Source: Massalongia carnosa
Lineage: Eukaryota
Direction of reading: 5' to 3'
Assembly (NCBI GenBank): GCA_965645245.1
Contig: OZ287082.1
Span: forward strand, 186,001 to 250,000
DNA length: 64,000 nt
Position numbers and translations under genes: made by a program. Every line of letters starts with the position of its first letter. The first letter of the stretch is position 1. Below are positions 1-12,800 of the stretch, one piece after another. Under the pieces are notes generated by a model. It was not told the origin of the DNA and ran no database searches. It saw nothing but the letters and a program-made list of their open reading frames with translations.

Positions 1-258
1 GAAATAGCTGGCGACAAGGTGCCTTCCCGTGATGAGTTTCCTGGTCATGGTCCGAGAAATCGTAGACTTGCCTGTGCCAGCCTTGCTCTATAGCCAGAAT
101 ATGCATTCTCCTTCTGTACCGGTGGCCCATTCCTTAATCCTCTGGAGGAGTTTAACGCGGGTGCCACGATGACATTCTGTTCCCGCTCCTTGGATTCCTG
201 CTCCTCGGATTCCATGCAGTCTGGGTCGAATACAGCGCGTTCTAGAGGTTTTAATTTC

Positions 259-611
259 TCCGCCGTCAAGACGACAACAATGTAGACAGTTGCAGCGGTC
301 AACTAGGCAATGTTATCCTGAATGAAGCTACCGTACTGGCTCCAGTGTGACATATACCCGCCCAGGAATAGTGACTGCCGCGAGAAACGATATATCAAGT
401 TCAAACGGTGCAAACGGAGCTCTCCGTACTTGAATCGTTCATCGATTTGAGAATAGAAGTTCCCGTCCTCAGTGCCGAGCTGCTCTGCTAGGGTCACCCA
501 CGCAGTCCACTTCATGTCTTTTGAAAGCAAGTTTTTCTCCTGCGCAATCTTGAAATCGCTCTCATATGCGATGAGGGAGGCATAAGAGAATAGGAAGCCA
601 AGCCGAATCAC
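259..611 (-). pseudogene. Fragment of a DUF6601-like fungal protein with a premature stop
   Basis: Motifs GFLFSYASLIAYESDFKIA and RFKYGELRLHRLN. In-frame TAG at 303-305 (likely TGG>TAG), after which the frame continues LTAATVYIVVVLTA. 5' part appears missing. Confidence 0.65.
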
Positions 612-969
612 ATCCTACTAGATCTCACACCTCGTTCCCACCAAGTTCAATCATGCCCTTCGAAAGCCGCTGCTAGGGCAGCCGATCCTCGGAGCTCCCA
701 AAGCATCATGACTGTCTCCATGCCAAAGCCGTGAGTCACTGTGATTCCTACCTTCTCTTCAGCGGTAGTCGCACAGAGTAGTCGAGCAGTAAAAGCTAAG
801 CATCTGCGACACAGTTGCTGGCTTAGCACAAGCTATGAGAGTATGTCAGAAAAGAGCGTAGCAATCAAAGATGGAGGGAGAAAAAGAGAGACCGAGAGAG
901 CACGGAAGCTAACGCGTATCTGCTATCCGCACTGTCTAAGCTTGTTTGTTCTAGTGAGGTATTACCATC

Positions 970-1471
970 ATGGCTCAAGAAGTCTTTTGTTGGTTGTCTA
1001 TTATGCCTTTTAGGGCCCAACGCATCGATCACGACAAGTTCAATGACTTCCTTACGAGCAGCACAGATGGATATATTGCTGCTATGCGTACCTCTGAGTG
1101 CCCAGCCAACCCATCTTATGTCATTCGAGTTTTTAGGAAGATGAAATATTTTACCCTTGAGTCAAAACGCTATTTCACACCCATCGTTGCTGACGATAGA
1201 ACAATCGCCTTTCTGTCTGAACATTAATGAGTCCGACGTCATCAACCTCAACTTTGCGAAAGTCAACGCCTCCAACATTTTCGAGTGCATAGTCCATGAA
1301 CGCTTCTACGAGATCAACCTATACCAGAAGGACCCAGTCAATAAGCACCATTGGCGTGCAAACGTATGGGAGCATAGCCATCGAAATCAAGAAGGACATG
1401 ATGGCACGAAATCCGACGAATCCGAGAATTCCGACTCCGTTATTGATGCCCTCACTCAGATGCGGCTTTGA
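970..1471 (+). pseudogene. Small hypothetical fungal protein split by a frameshift
   Basis: ORF 970-1227 (MAQEVFCWLSIMPF) overlaps ORF 1157-1471 (FYEINLYQKDPVNKHHWRANV) in another frame. Both halves look protein-like. Confidence 0.45.
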
Positions 1472-1754
1472 TGATGACGACGATAGTGATGTCTATGGTG
1501 GAGATGACAGCGTAGAGTCTCCTACAGACTTACTGCCTGTAGCCTCGAAGATTGTGGTTATTGTGGACATTGCGATTATTAGCCTCTTGTACTTCTCTTG
1601 TAGGTTGTCATCGATCATGGTCTAGTTGTGACAGAAGTTAATATGAAGCCTACAACACATTAAGATGATGCTCAGGATAGAAAATAAGTGCTAGACCTCA
1701 CTATCTCCTAAAAATTCGTGGAAATACACTTTCGTTGCTGTGGCCTGTGACATT

Positions 1755-1890
1755 AACAATGCTGTGGAAAAGACGGTGCTGTGAGACTGACGGTGCTGTA
1801 AAATTGACGGTGCTATAACGGAGCTGGTGCTGTGAAGCTGACGGTGCTGTTGACCTGACAGTGCTGAGAGAGCTACAGCGCTGCAAAGGA
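1755..1890 (+). repeat. Degenerate 17-bp tandem array, 8 units (consensus GACGGTGCTGT + 6 variable nt)
   Basis: Units start at 1755, 1772, 1789, 1806, 1823, 1840, 1857 and 1874 with exact 17-nt periodicity. Confidence 0.85.
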
Positions 1891-2083
1891 ATCAGTGTTG
1901 TAATATGAAACGCAAGTCAGGATAATGAGGTCATCCAGAAGTCAAACGCACAGCTCGTGCTCAGGAATGCCATCAAAAGAGTATAGTCCAGAACGCAGGC
2001 TACGCGACTCGATCTTCATAACATCAACAACGCTCAACTTAATGGGGCAAACCAACCTATTCGACCAAGAAGAACGGTCCAAC

Positions 2084-4803
2084 ATGGGCGAACTCTCTGC
2101 TGAAGAGATCCAAGTTATCGCGAGCCATCCGATAGGTGGAGCGCTCGAGCCGTTTCGACAGTCATTTCGTTCGGTTTGCAACAAGCTTGGCCTTACCAAC
2201 TCTCCCGAGAGCACCAAGAGCATTGTCTCAAGTGATGGTATGGTCTAGCATGATGGCTCTGATTGATATCTCTCTCACTAACCAATGCAGATGGCAGAGA
2301 GTTGGCACGTCAACTTATCTATACAATGCAGGGTCAAGAAGCAGCTCGGGAACCCTCCAAGATCTCGAACACGACTCTCTCAGACGATCTCGCAGCCATA
2401 TACCTTCAACTCGGATCGGGTGGATTTAACATAAATTGGATCGTCCCACTGTGCACACTGGTCATTGACAAAGCTGCCGATGAAGCCATCTGGAAGGCTG
2501 TCTTCGACTTAATCGCACGAACTCCATCGACCCCTCCACAGCAAATCGATTCAGGCTACCAAGACACCCCAATAAATCATTCTGCAGCCTCACAGCAAGG
2601 GAGCGAGCAGACGCATGCGCTGGTCGACCGTCGCATATTTGAAGAAATCTTCTCTTGCACTTATCGGGACGTCGGCGGATTCTTTGAGAAATATTTCGAT
2701 AAAGCAGATAAGGCGGATCAGGTTGACAAGATCTTCCAGGCCACAATGGCACGCTATGTTGATGGCAAATGGACCGATTTTCCAAACCCACCAGGACAGG
2801 CACGTGTCTTAGACTGGTTCTTCCGCTTCCAATCCGATTTTTTTCCAGATCAACGCGGCGTCTACTACACAATGTGTAATCGATCGTTAGCTGGATCTGA
2901 TGCGAAGCGTCGACTGGATCTGCTCGTTCGAAAGAGACACCAAGAAGCACCTGCCCCTGCACCAACACCTGCACCGACACCTGAACATAATTGGAGAGAC
3001 GTATGGGTGATAGGGGAACTCAAGGAAGGCCCTTTCGAGGACAAGCCTTTACTGATACAGCTTGCTGGCTATGCACGAGAAGTATTCGCCAGCCAACCAA
3101 CTCGACGCTTCGTTCACGGGTTCACAATTCGTATTACGCGGATGCAACTTTGGGTATTCGACCGGTCTGGGCCGTACAGCTCAACTGAGTTTGACATCCA
3201 TAAGCAACCTGAAAGATTTGTCCAGGTGATCGCAGGCTATCTCATGATGTCTGACGTTGAGCTTGGATTGGATACATTCGTCGAGCACCACAAGAATGAC
3301 CAATTCATCACCGTTAAAGAGAGCAGTGGTATATGCGAGAGAAGACTACAACTTGATCCTGAGCCGATTGCGTACCAGCGGGCGGTAGTCTGTCGAGGCA
3401 CGGTCTGCTACCGGGCCAAGAGTGCTAGCGCCGAGTCATGGGAATATGTCGTCAAGCTGTCATGGCGCTCGGACAGCCGACCAGCAGAAGGAGAGCTGCT
3501 CAAGCTGGCCCAGGAGCGGGGAGTGGAGGGTGTCGCTGAAATCTTCGCCCACGAGCAGATTACCAGTATCGCCAACCTGCGCAGCGGATTACACTTTGGC
3601 AAACCACACAAATTCAAAATTCACACATGCAGCGCCTCATCATCCTTCACACAATCACAATCAGTCCACCAAGCACTCAACAAAGTGATCAGCCAATCAG
3701 TCAACCGTCTTTGTGGCCTAGAGATCACTCAAGACTCTTCAACGAAGAAGCGGGAAGCCAGCGGCTACGGAAGAGATGAAGCGAAAAGGTCAAGATCGAA
3801 CAGTCATCGTAGTCCCGGGAGCATGCAAAGTCCTTCACAAAAACGAAAAGCCGACGATGGAAGAGATGTTCCTAAACCACCAAGATCGAACAGTTTCTAT
3901 AATCTTAGGGGCACTCCAAGTGTTTCACAGAAACGGAAAGCCAATGACGATGGTAGAGATTCAACCAAAAGGTTGAGATTGAATAGCCAGGCATCCATCC
4001 ATACCAAAAACATTATCAGTGCGCCAGTCGCGGCCAACAACAATCAGACAGCTAGTCCATACGAAACGAATACCGACATCTTCAACAATCGCATCCTCTG
4101 CTACCTTGTCATATCACCGCCAGGCCGGTCAATCCGCGACTTTCGATCTATCAGGGAACTCTTGGAGGCATGCCGCGATGCCATCAAAGCACATAAGTCT
4201 CTTTATGACAAAGGAAACATCCTCCATCGCGACATCTCTGAGAACAACATTATTATCACCGACAGTCCAGGAATCAGTCACAAGGGCATGTTGATCGACC
4301 TTGACCTTGCGAAAGAGCGGGATAGTATGCCTAGCGGTGCCAGGCATCGAACTGGCACGATGGAATTCATGGCGATTGAAGTGTTGAAACAGAAGAAAGG
4401 ATTCATACACACTTATCGGCATGACCTTGAGTCATTTTTCTACGTGTTTCTGTGGGTCTGCATCATTCACGGGTGGTCGTTGTCTGGTCAAAAACTGAAG
4501 GAAGTTCCAAGGTTACTGCAGAAATGGTATGGTGGAACCTACGAGGACATTGCACTCGTAAAGATAGGGCAAATGGATAAAGTGCAGATCGAGGATCTCC
4601 TTGCCTGGTTTCCACCATCTTTCAAGCATGTCAAGGGTGTCGCCCGAAAGATAAGAGATACTCTATTTCCATACCGGAATGGATGTTTTACTGGCACTTT
4701 TGAGAATGAGGATCCAGATATCATGTATGGACCAATGATTGAAGCGTTCGATGCAGCTGCTCGGGATTGTGCACGGGGGGGGTTGTCTGGCACGGACTCT
4801 TAG
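2084..4803 (+). CDS. FunK1/Sgk2-type fungal protein kinase, 2 exons (2084-2237, 2291-4803)
   Basis: Motifs GELK, QLAGYAREVF, RRFVHGF, FDRSG, VCRGT, VVKLSW, HRDISENN, IDLDLA, RTGTMEFMAIEVL, HDLESFFYV. Intron 2238-2290 (GTATGG...CTAAC...CAG) joins both ORFs in frame. Confidence 0.92.
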
Positions 4804-5976
4804 TTTTATTAGAAAACTAGTCATGTCCGCAAGGTCTGCTATAGTGTATGTGTGTATGTAACATTATTACTAGGAGCACGCACATACTTCTACTTAGAAC
4901 TTCTACTAAACTCTGGACTCATGGCCAGAACTTTCTCTCACGCGCTCGGACCCCTTCCAGACTATACCTCCCCTTTGTATTCTCTCCTAGCTATATCTGC
5001 AGAAATGATGAGAGATGGGACTTGTAGGACATTTATAATATAAGCTTTTGTGATGACATGAGCATTGCGGGACCAAGAGTGAAGGCGTAGGTGCAAGATG
5101 TTTTGATGCCTTTCAGCTTCATTCTGTTCACAACCCGCTCTGTATAATAGGCAAAACTGTGTCTCTCATGAGACGTATGCGCTCCAGACTCTAAACGCTG
5201 ATCCTTTAACTTTATTGCCAGATAAATCGCAATCCTGTATCATCGCTCGCACCTTGCCATGTACAGTAGCAGCGTTCGTCTGCCATCACCCTCTGAGTTG
5301 ACGTCGACATACTATTGGTCAGTGGTAGCTTGCCATTTAACAGCCTTATACCCTTGTGGTACAACGTATTGACAGATGAAGCGCCTTTTCAATTCTTATG
5401 CTAGCCTTTTTTCGGGATATCTTTGGTCGTCTCTAAGTCATTCGTGGAAGTACTCTGGATGGAATCTGATGTAAGACTGTGCTCTGATGCTGATGCTGGT
5501 ATCGACTTATATAATAAATCAATAATAGATTTCTAGATTTTGCTTAAGAGTCTGTAGAATTAGAGCGTACCTGTCCTTGATGTGGAAAGGAGAGCTGCCA
5601 TAGCTCATTCTCCCCGTTTCCATCTATCTACAGGTGAATGAACAAATGTTGCAGGGACAGAAATAAGTCTGATGAATTGCCCAATCTTGAATCCAAGCAA
5701 CTGGCAGTCGTTATGGTGGTCCAGATTGTCATAGTCGAAGACAATAAATGCATGCTTCCCTGTGATAATGCCGAGGATACTTGCTTTCTGATAATCTCCA
5801 GATGCGTGTTCGACGACTTCTTTCATAAAGCCCTTGCCGTATGGGTCTTCTGAACGTCTGGCAAATAGCTTCATTGAACAGTAAATAACGCATCGGGTCG
5901 GGCGACACAATATGCTGAGAAGTCCATTATCATGATTAGGATTGAAGTGGCATAAGGGTTGAAGCCGACTTCTATT

Positions 5977-6210
5977 TCAATGTTTGTGATGAGAAATACG
6001 CACGTATGCACTGGAATCACTGCTTGTTGGCGGAATTTGAAGTTGACGAGCAGCTACATGCTCAGGACATTCCTCCGACAACTCTGTATCCCTGCTCTCC
6101 TCGTATCTAATATTCTCTCCCACGCAAGTTCCATTGCAGTTGTTATTACGTTCTCTCCTTGCTTCACTACAACCACAAGCATAATATAATGTATAGTCCA
6201 GGTAACACAC
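5977..6210 (-). CDS. Small Cys-rich protein (77 aa), putative metal-binding
   Basis: MC..Y.CGC...C...C...CPEH pattern common in small fungal ORFs; S/T/P-rich tail. Confidence 0.5.
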   Translation of the reverse strand: MCYLDYTLYYACGCSEARRERNNNCNGTCVGENIRYEESRDTELSEECPEHVAARQLQIPPTSSDSSAYVRISHHKH

Positions 6211-6796
6211 ATGATTGCCTGCGCTAAGCAGTCAGCGGACTAATCTCTAGCGCCTTGTTCAACGGGAATTACCAAATGTGAGTTCTGTCAATTTGAGATA
6301 CTTGCTGATTTGGTATACAGTAACGCAGCCTGGCACTGGTAAGCGTGATAGCGGTGTGGAGTTAGGTGATGCTTTACGACTGTTGAGGATAGCCGAGATG
6401 TCTGCTTATAGAAAATGGCACTAACCCCAATGCGCACTAGCTATTGGAAGTATTTGGATTGGCCACCTTGGGATTTATCATCAACATCCCGCGTCTGATA
6501 TTCTAGGAGACATTCGAACATTCTACAGTGGATTGATAATGAGGCAAATATGTCAGCTTTGGAACTCCGACAAAGACGAGCTTACATATCAGCATTTGAC
6601 TGACCGATCACATAGAAAGTGGGAGAATCGTGCTCAAGGCAGGCAGCGGTATATAATGGGCTATATGCCCCCATAGATAGCCTCAGTCATTTTCAATCAA
6701 TCATTAGTAGCCTGCCATTGGATCAGCTTGATCATCGCACGTACTTTTTGCTGTTGTTTCCTACTTCCACCCCTATAATCCGTAGCCTCCGCAACA

Positions 6797-7438
6797 GTAG
6801 TGATGTCGGCTGAATCAACCTACATGACCTTGTGGTCTAGTCCTTGTGTCTAGAGGCAGGTCCACAGTGTAGATAGAGATTCAGTCGGAGGTAACCTTCC
6901 ATCGCTACGTTGGTAGTGGTGACGGCGAAATGAAGCTACATAGCCTCGGCGTCTAGACTTTATGTTTAGAGGCAGGCTAGCAATGTAGTGAGGGATCTAG
7001 CCGGAGGTAGAAGTGTTCTACCTTGCAAGGGAAGGTCTAGAAGGCTGCTCGAGGCTGACTAGATGATCCAGCGAACGCCGAGTTCGTAGATGGATCCTGA
7101 GGGATTGTTAGATGTAAGGCGATAAGGTCAGAAGTGGGTTGCAAGGCTCCTAAGGTTCCAAGGCTCCCAAGGCTATAGGCTTGGGATGAGTAGGATAAAT
7201 ACCAGAACGAATCCTGTAGTATTCGTTAGCAATTAGTCTTTATTCTATGAACAACCTACGTTTGGGTCTCGGACGAGATCTCTTGGTCTAAGCACTTCCA
7301 CATCTATTAGTTCTTTGGATCACATAAACTCTCGGAGACTAGCACGTAGTAGCTATCTTCTACCTCTCACGCTGAGCATTTCCCCTTTCGAGATCAGTGT
7401 CGCTCGTGATTAGCTTACTGGTCTCGTAGCCCATTACA
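6797..7438 (+). mobile_element. 5'-truncated copy of LTR family A
   Basis: Near-identical to 16993-17634; ends CCCATTACA. Confidence 0.9.
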
Positions 7439-7814
7439 TTATTTAAATATTTTTGATTTTGATTTTATTCGTTTTTACAATAAAAATACGAATCTGCATC
7501 GTTGTAAAGACCTACGAATGCGCAACGGATCGAGTCGGGTCGGGTTTTGACTAGTCGGTCCCGACCTGCTACCTGGTTGGGGATCCTGTAGTGTTGAAAT
7601 AGGTATATGACTATGGCTATATGGCTATGTAATAATAAAGGTCTGTATGACCGTGATGTTAAGGATGAAGAGTTGCTAGGCAGCAATCTTTTCCTATTAC
7701 TGGTCACCCCCTTCTAAGCGAGGTGATCTTATCGTATCTTGGGACTAAGCCTAATGCGGCATCTACGGTTTCCGTAGATGATCTGTCCATCTAGGGCAGC
7801 CGGAGGTGCTATGT

Positions 7815-8536
7815 CTCGGCATCCCGTGTAGTTTCCAAATATCTCGAAGAAAGAGTTCAGCCAGTTCCTGAGCATTGATCGTGGTGAGGCATGGAGAGAA
7901 GTGCCGTCGTTTCGATAGACGATCGACCACCACTAATATGGCGTCGAACCCACTACTTTCTGGAAGCCCAGTCACGAAGTCCATCGAAATATCTTGCCAG
8001 CGGCGCTCCGAGACGGGTAACGGTTTCAAGACTCCCATTTTTCCTTGACGAGAGGGCTTGCTTCTTGCACAAACTTGACAATGTTGCACGTACCTTGCTA
8101 CGAACTGATAGAATCGTGGCCAGTAATAGTGACGTTGCAGAAGATCAAAGGTCTTGGCTCGACCGGGATGACCGGCTACAAGGCTATCGTGAACGGACTT
8201 GCAAAGTCTCATTTTCAGGATGTGTGAGTCCGGAACGTATATCTTTCCTCGATAGTGCAGTCGGCCATCTATCTCTGTGCACTCTGCCAGCGAGATTTCC
8301 TTGGAGTGTCTAGCACCTGATCGTAATAATTCCAGAATTCTCATCGGAAAGAGGTCCTTTTCCAATGCTTCTTGCCATAATTCTTCCAAGGTCTTGATTT
8401 CATCCTGATCTGAGGCGATTTCCAGAGGTTCATTTTGTTCCGAGGCTTCAATATTTTCTTCGAAAGGTTCATCTGCTAATCCGTTCGCTAGAAGTTCAAG
8501 ATTTCGAGATTTCAAGACCACTTGATGTTGATTCAT
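7815..8536 (-). pseudogene. Ty3/Gypsy integrase fragment
   Basis: H-GHPG...CQVC zinc motif, WQDISMDFVTGLP, VVDRLSK, LHGMP, then homology stops. Truncated at both ends. Confidence 0.9.
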
Positions 8537-8694
8537 CGTACTGATAGGTGATCATTGTGCTGGTAGGAATTGGATATTCAACCTGTAGGGCTCAAAACGG
8601 TAGGTTTGCGAATCGTTCCCGGGTTAACACGTTTTACTCATTCGGCCCGGTAGATTTATTATGTAAATTATAAATGTGTTTTTTAGACGTTTTA

Positions 8695-9321
8695 TAAAAC
8701 GAGGAGACTATCTCCAAGCAGGCATTCACTACTGGAAGACGGGATCTACAGAGGCTATACAACGTGATCGTACGCCGCGCAACGGGTCGGGTTTCTCTAC
8801 TGAAATGCTAATCCGTTTGTGGCGAACCCTATGATTTATTGTATCCGGGTTGAGCTTTGAATGAAAAATCCGGTGGCGAAAAACCAGTTTTGTAGCGAAA
8901 ACCTAACCAGTTGCGCGGCGTACGTGATAGTTACAATAGAGGTATAAATAGGTAGGGTAGGGTCAAAGGGTAGACTAAATGCTTGATTATTGATCTATAT
9001 AGGATAGGATAATCCACAATCTAAGCTCTTCTTCTATACCTTGCCCATACTACATGGTATTTTATGATTCCGAAATATTTCCGTCACCGAAAAACTTGGG
9101 TAGATAAGACTAAGCAGGCGAGCTAGGGGAGGTAAGGCGAGGCGAGGGGATACTTCGTGTAGTACGAAAACACCTCTATAATAAGTTAATCTCCACAATA
9201 TGCCTAACTGGGTTAGGCGGGATCTTATTGTCTTATAAGTTATTTTGGCTTTACGTATCCTACATAGCTATATAGGCTAGTCTTACGTTCAACGAACGCA
9301 TACTAGGCCTACCCTATTACA
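8695..9321. mobile_element. Solo LTR family B, carrying a MITE
   Basis: Reverse-complement homolog of 18280-18814; termini TA(<TG)...CA; TSD TTTTA on both sides. Confidence 0.8.
8773..8920. mobile_element. 148-bp MITE
   Basis: TIR CGCCGCGCAAC / GTTGCGCGGCG flanked by TA; absent from the paralogous LTR at 18280-18814. Confidence 0.85.
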
Positions 9322-9337
9322 TTTTAAATATATTTAA

Positions 9338-9785
9338 TGTCAAGGACTGGGCAGGGGATTGAACTAATGTTCCTAGGAATTGGATTGGGTGATCAAGATG
9401 TCTTTATTAATAAGGCTATAGCTAGGTGATGGATTGCTATACAAGACGTCGGACAAGGAGTCAACTATCTAATTAACTTGTCCTTCCTTTTATATTTGTC
9501 TCGAACCCCTTTGCATGAAGATTCCATCAGTGTTCATCTCCCCCTATTAGGAGACGTACGGCACGAAGGTTTGACGAGGTGTTTGACGATAAAAGGTGGA
9601 GATGAGGTTCTCCTGTCGTTGGTACGCTTTGATGGTGATGGTACAGCTTTGACCTGAAGCCGTTGAGAGGGGTCTAAACTCGATTTAGTTAATGAGATTC
9701 TGAATAAGCTGAATAGAGGAACGGGAGCTTAGTCAGATTCATCTGCGGGATTGATTCTGGATCGGGTTGGTTCGATTTCATGACA
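9338..9785 (-). repeat. Gypsy-1 3' LTR
   Basis: Direct repeat of 15469-15916. Confidence 0.97.
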
Positions 9786-9825
9786 GTAGCTCCCCTTTCA
9801 AGAGCTGAGCTCCTGCGAAGCAGTT

Positions 9826-12800
9826 TTATTCATGACAGCGACATCGAGGAATGGAACAGGGGGTGAGATGTGGGCCGGATGCACCAGGATAGGCTTCGTG
9901 GAATTCGTCCAGAGCTTGTTGACAGTTGGTTAGTAGGTGAAATGGCTCCCAGGTGGGGGTATGTCCTTCCCAGTTGACGAAATACTTGAGAAGCGGAGGT
10001 TGATAACGTCTGTCCAGTTTCGAGTTCAGAATGCTGTTGACATACCATTCTCGCTGTCCATCTTCGGCTATTATTGGGTCGCGAAGCTCGGGAATTTGTC
10101 CTGGGAGGGGGTCGTCTGCGTCGTGTTGTAGCAGATTTACATGAAAGACCGGATGAATTTTAACCGTGTCGGGGAGTTCCAGTTGAACAACAAGAGGGTT
10201 GGCGAACACCTTACAGACTCGGTAAGGACCGACATTTCGATCGTCCAGTTTGGCTGCCGGACGGGCTGTCTGGATATTTCGGGTGTTCAGCCATACCATG
10301 TCTCCTACAAGATAACGAGGACAGGGACGGCGGTTCTCATTGGCGGAAGATTCGTATGAGGCCTGCGCGATCAACATCTCTTCTCGTAGGTGAGTGTCTA
10401 CGTCTCGCATCTTGTCTACGAATCGATTGGCGGCGATCAGGTTAGCGATTCCCTGGGCGGTCAGGTCTTGCGGAAGGGGCTCTTCGGGTTCGAATCCTAC
10501 CCTGGGGTGTTGTCCATAATTAGCCAGGAAGGGAGAGGCGAGAATGCTGGAGGAGTCGGTGTTATTGCTGGAGAATTCGGCACCGGGTAAGTACTGGGCC
10601 CAGTCATCTTGCATGTAATTGACGTATGCCCGAAGATAGTGTTCCATGGTTGCATTAGCCCTCTCGGTTTGGCCATCTGTCTCGGGATGAAAACTGGTTG
10701 ATAGCCTAGCATCAATTCTAAGCCGTTTACACATGATGTCCCAGAAATCGGAGGTGAATTGGGTGCCTCGATCCGAAATCAAGGCGTCTGGGAGACCGTG
10801 TAATTTCCATACATTTTGGTAGAAGGAGTTAGCAGCCTCTTCTACCTCCATGGAGGTGGTGGGGACGAAATGTCGCATCTTGGAAAGGCGATCGATGAAG
10901 ACGAGGATATAACGATAGGTTATACCCATGAAGGTGCTCGGAGGCAGCGGACCTACGTAGTCCATGGAAACGTTACGCCATCGACGTTCGGGTGGGGACA
11001 GAGGGCGTAGCCATCCTTGGTATCGTTGGCGGGATGGTTTGGATCGTCTACAGGTGTGACAGTTACGAATGAATCGTTTGACGGTTTGATGCATACTGGG
11101 CCACCAGTATGATCGATTCATTAGTTCGTAGCATTTGGAACGACCGGGATGGCCACCTGCTACGCTGTCGTGTGCCTGTTGAATGAGACGGAGACGGAGC
11201 CGATCCGAATTGGGTACGTATCGACGGTTTCGAAAATAAAGAATCCCTTCTTTATCTTCACATTCGGCTAGCTGAATGCCGTTATGATATCTGACATTAT
11301 TGCGAAGCATGTCTAGAACTTTCAGAGAGAATTGATCCTGTTCCAGAGCTTGTTCCCATAACAGCTGAGTTGGGACGTCGGTCAGGTCTTGGCCAGGATT
11401 GGTTTGGTCGGCAGGCTGATCCAGCTGTGGTTCAGGTTCAATGAACTCGTGATCATGTTCAACGGACTCGGGATCCTGTTCGATGAACGCGGGGGCTAGG
11501 ATAATCGTGGATAAGAAACATTTCGCCACTTCGTCGTCCAAGTTATGAGTTTTCAGGATGGTTTGATGCTGATGTTTATGTCTTTCATCAGTTTCATCCC
11601 CCTCTTTAGGGAGGTCTCCTGAGCGACGAGTCAGTGCATCTGGTTTTCCACCAGCTTTTCCGGGTCAATAGACTATTTTAAAGTCAAATCGGGATAAGAA
11701 TTCGGACCAGCGAGCTTGACGACGACTGAGTTGTTTGGTTGAAGCGAAGTATTCCAAATTCTTATGATCTGAGATAACGCTGATGGGGTGAGCAGAACCT
11801 TCCAATTCCGGTCTCCATTCTTCGAAGCATCGGACGATGGCCATGAGTTCCTTGTCATAGATCTCATAATTGCATTCGGCCGGGTTGTGTTTCTTGGAGA
11901 AGTATGCGATGGGGCGAAGCACGTTCTCGTTGTCATACTGAGAAAGGATACCACCAGAGACGTAGTCCGAAGCATCGGTTTCCACGATGATAGGACGATC
12001 GGGATCGAAATGCATCAGTATTAGTTCCGAGGTGAAAGCTTTTTTTAGAGTTTCGAATGCCTGTTGACATTTGTCAGTCCATTGAAAGCTGACCTCCTTT
12101 TTGGTTAGATTCGTCAGTGGGCCGGCTATCTTACTAAAGCCGTATACGAATCGTCTATAGAAGTTAGCAAATCCCAGAAAGCTTTGTACATCTTTCATAT
12201 TGATCGGTATTGGCCAATGAGTTACTGTTTCGATTTTAGCGGGGTCCATTTTGATTCCCTCGGTGGTTACGATTAGTCCGAGATAGGCAACTTCTGTGAC
12301 ATGAAATTTGCATTTGGTGATGTCTACTTGCAGCCCGGCTTCTCTCAGCTTGATGAGGATACGTTTGACGTGGATTTCATGCTCGCCTTCAATTTCGCTG
12401 TAGATGAGAATGTCATCTAGATAGGCCGTGCAAAAGTCGTCGAGATACTCTCGAAGAGTATCATTGATGAAGTGTTGAAAGGAGGCGGGGCCGTTACAGA
12501 GGCCGAATGGTAGGACCAGGGATTCGAAGAGGCCAAAACGGGTTCTGAATGCGGTGAGTTCTTCATCTCCTTCCTTGATGCGGAGCCGATTGAACGCTGA
12601 AATAATGTCCAGCTTGGTGAATATCTTAGCCCGACTCAGGCGATTCAGGGTTTCGGTGATCAGGGGAAGCGGATACCGATTCTTAATCGTGATGGCATTG
12701 AGGCCTCGATAGTCGACACAGAAGCGAAGTCCTCCTCCTGGCTTCTTTACGAACATGACTGGGGAGGCAGCGGGGGATTTACTAGCTCGGATGAAGCCTT

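Noticed and set aside
1755..1890. Repeat-spacer array as CRISPR
   Set aside because: Variable part is only 6 nt and there are no cas genes; kept as a regulatory-array candidate.
5605..5910. 101-aa minus-strand ORF
   Set aside because: Somewhat protein-like but no recognisable motif or clear gene structure.
7592..8583. LTR-bounded unit flanked by TGTAG around the integrase fragment
   Set aside because: Right end is CC rather than CA and internal structure is too decayed to define.
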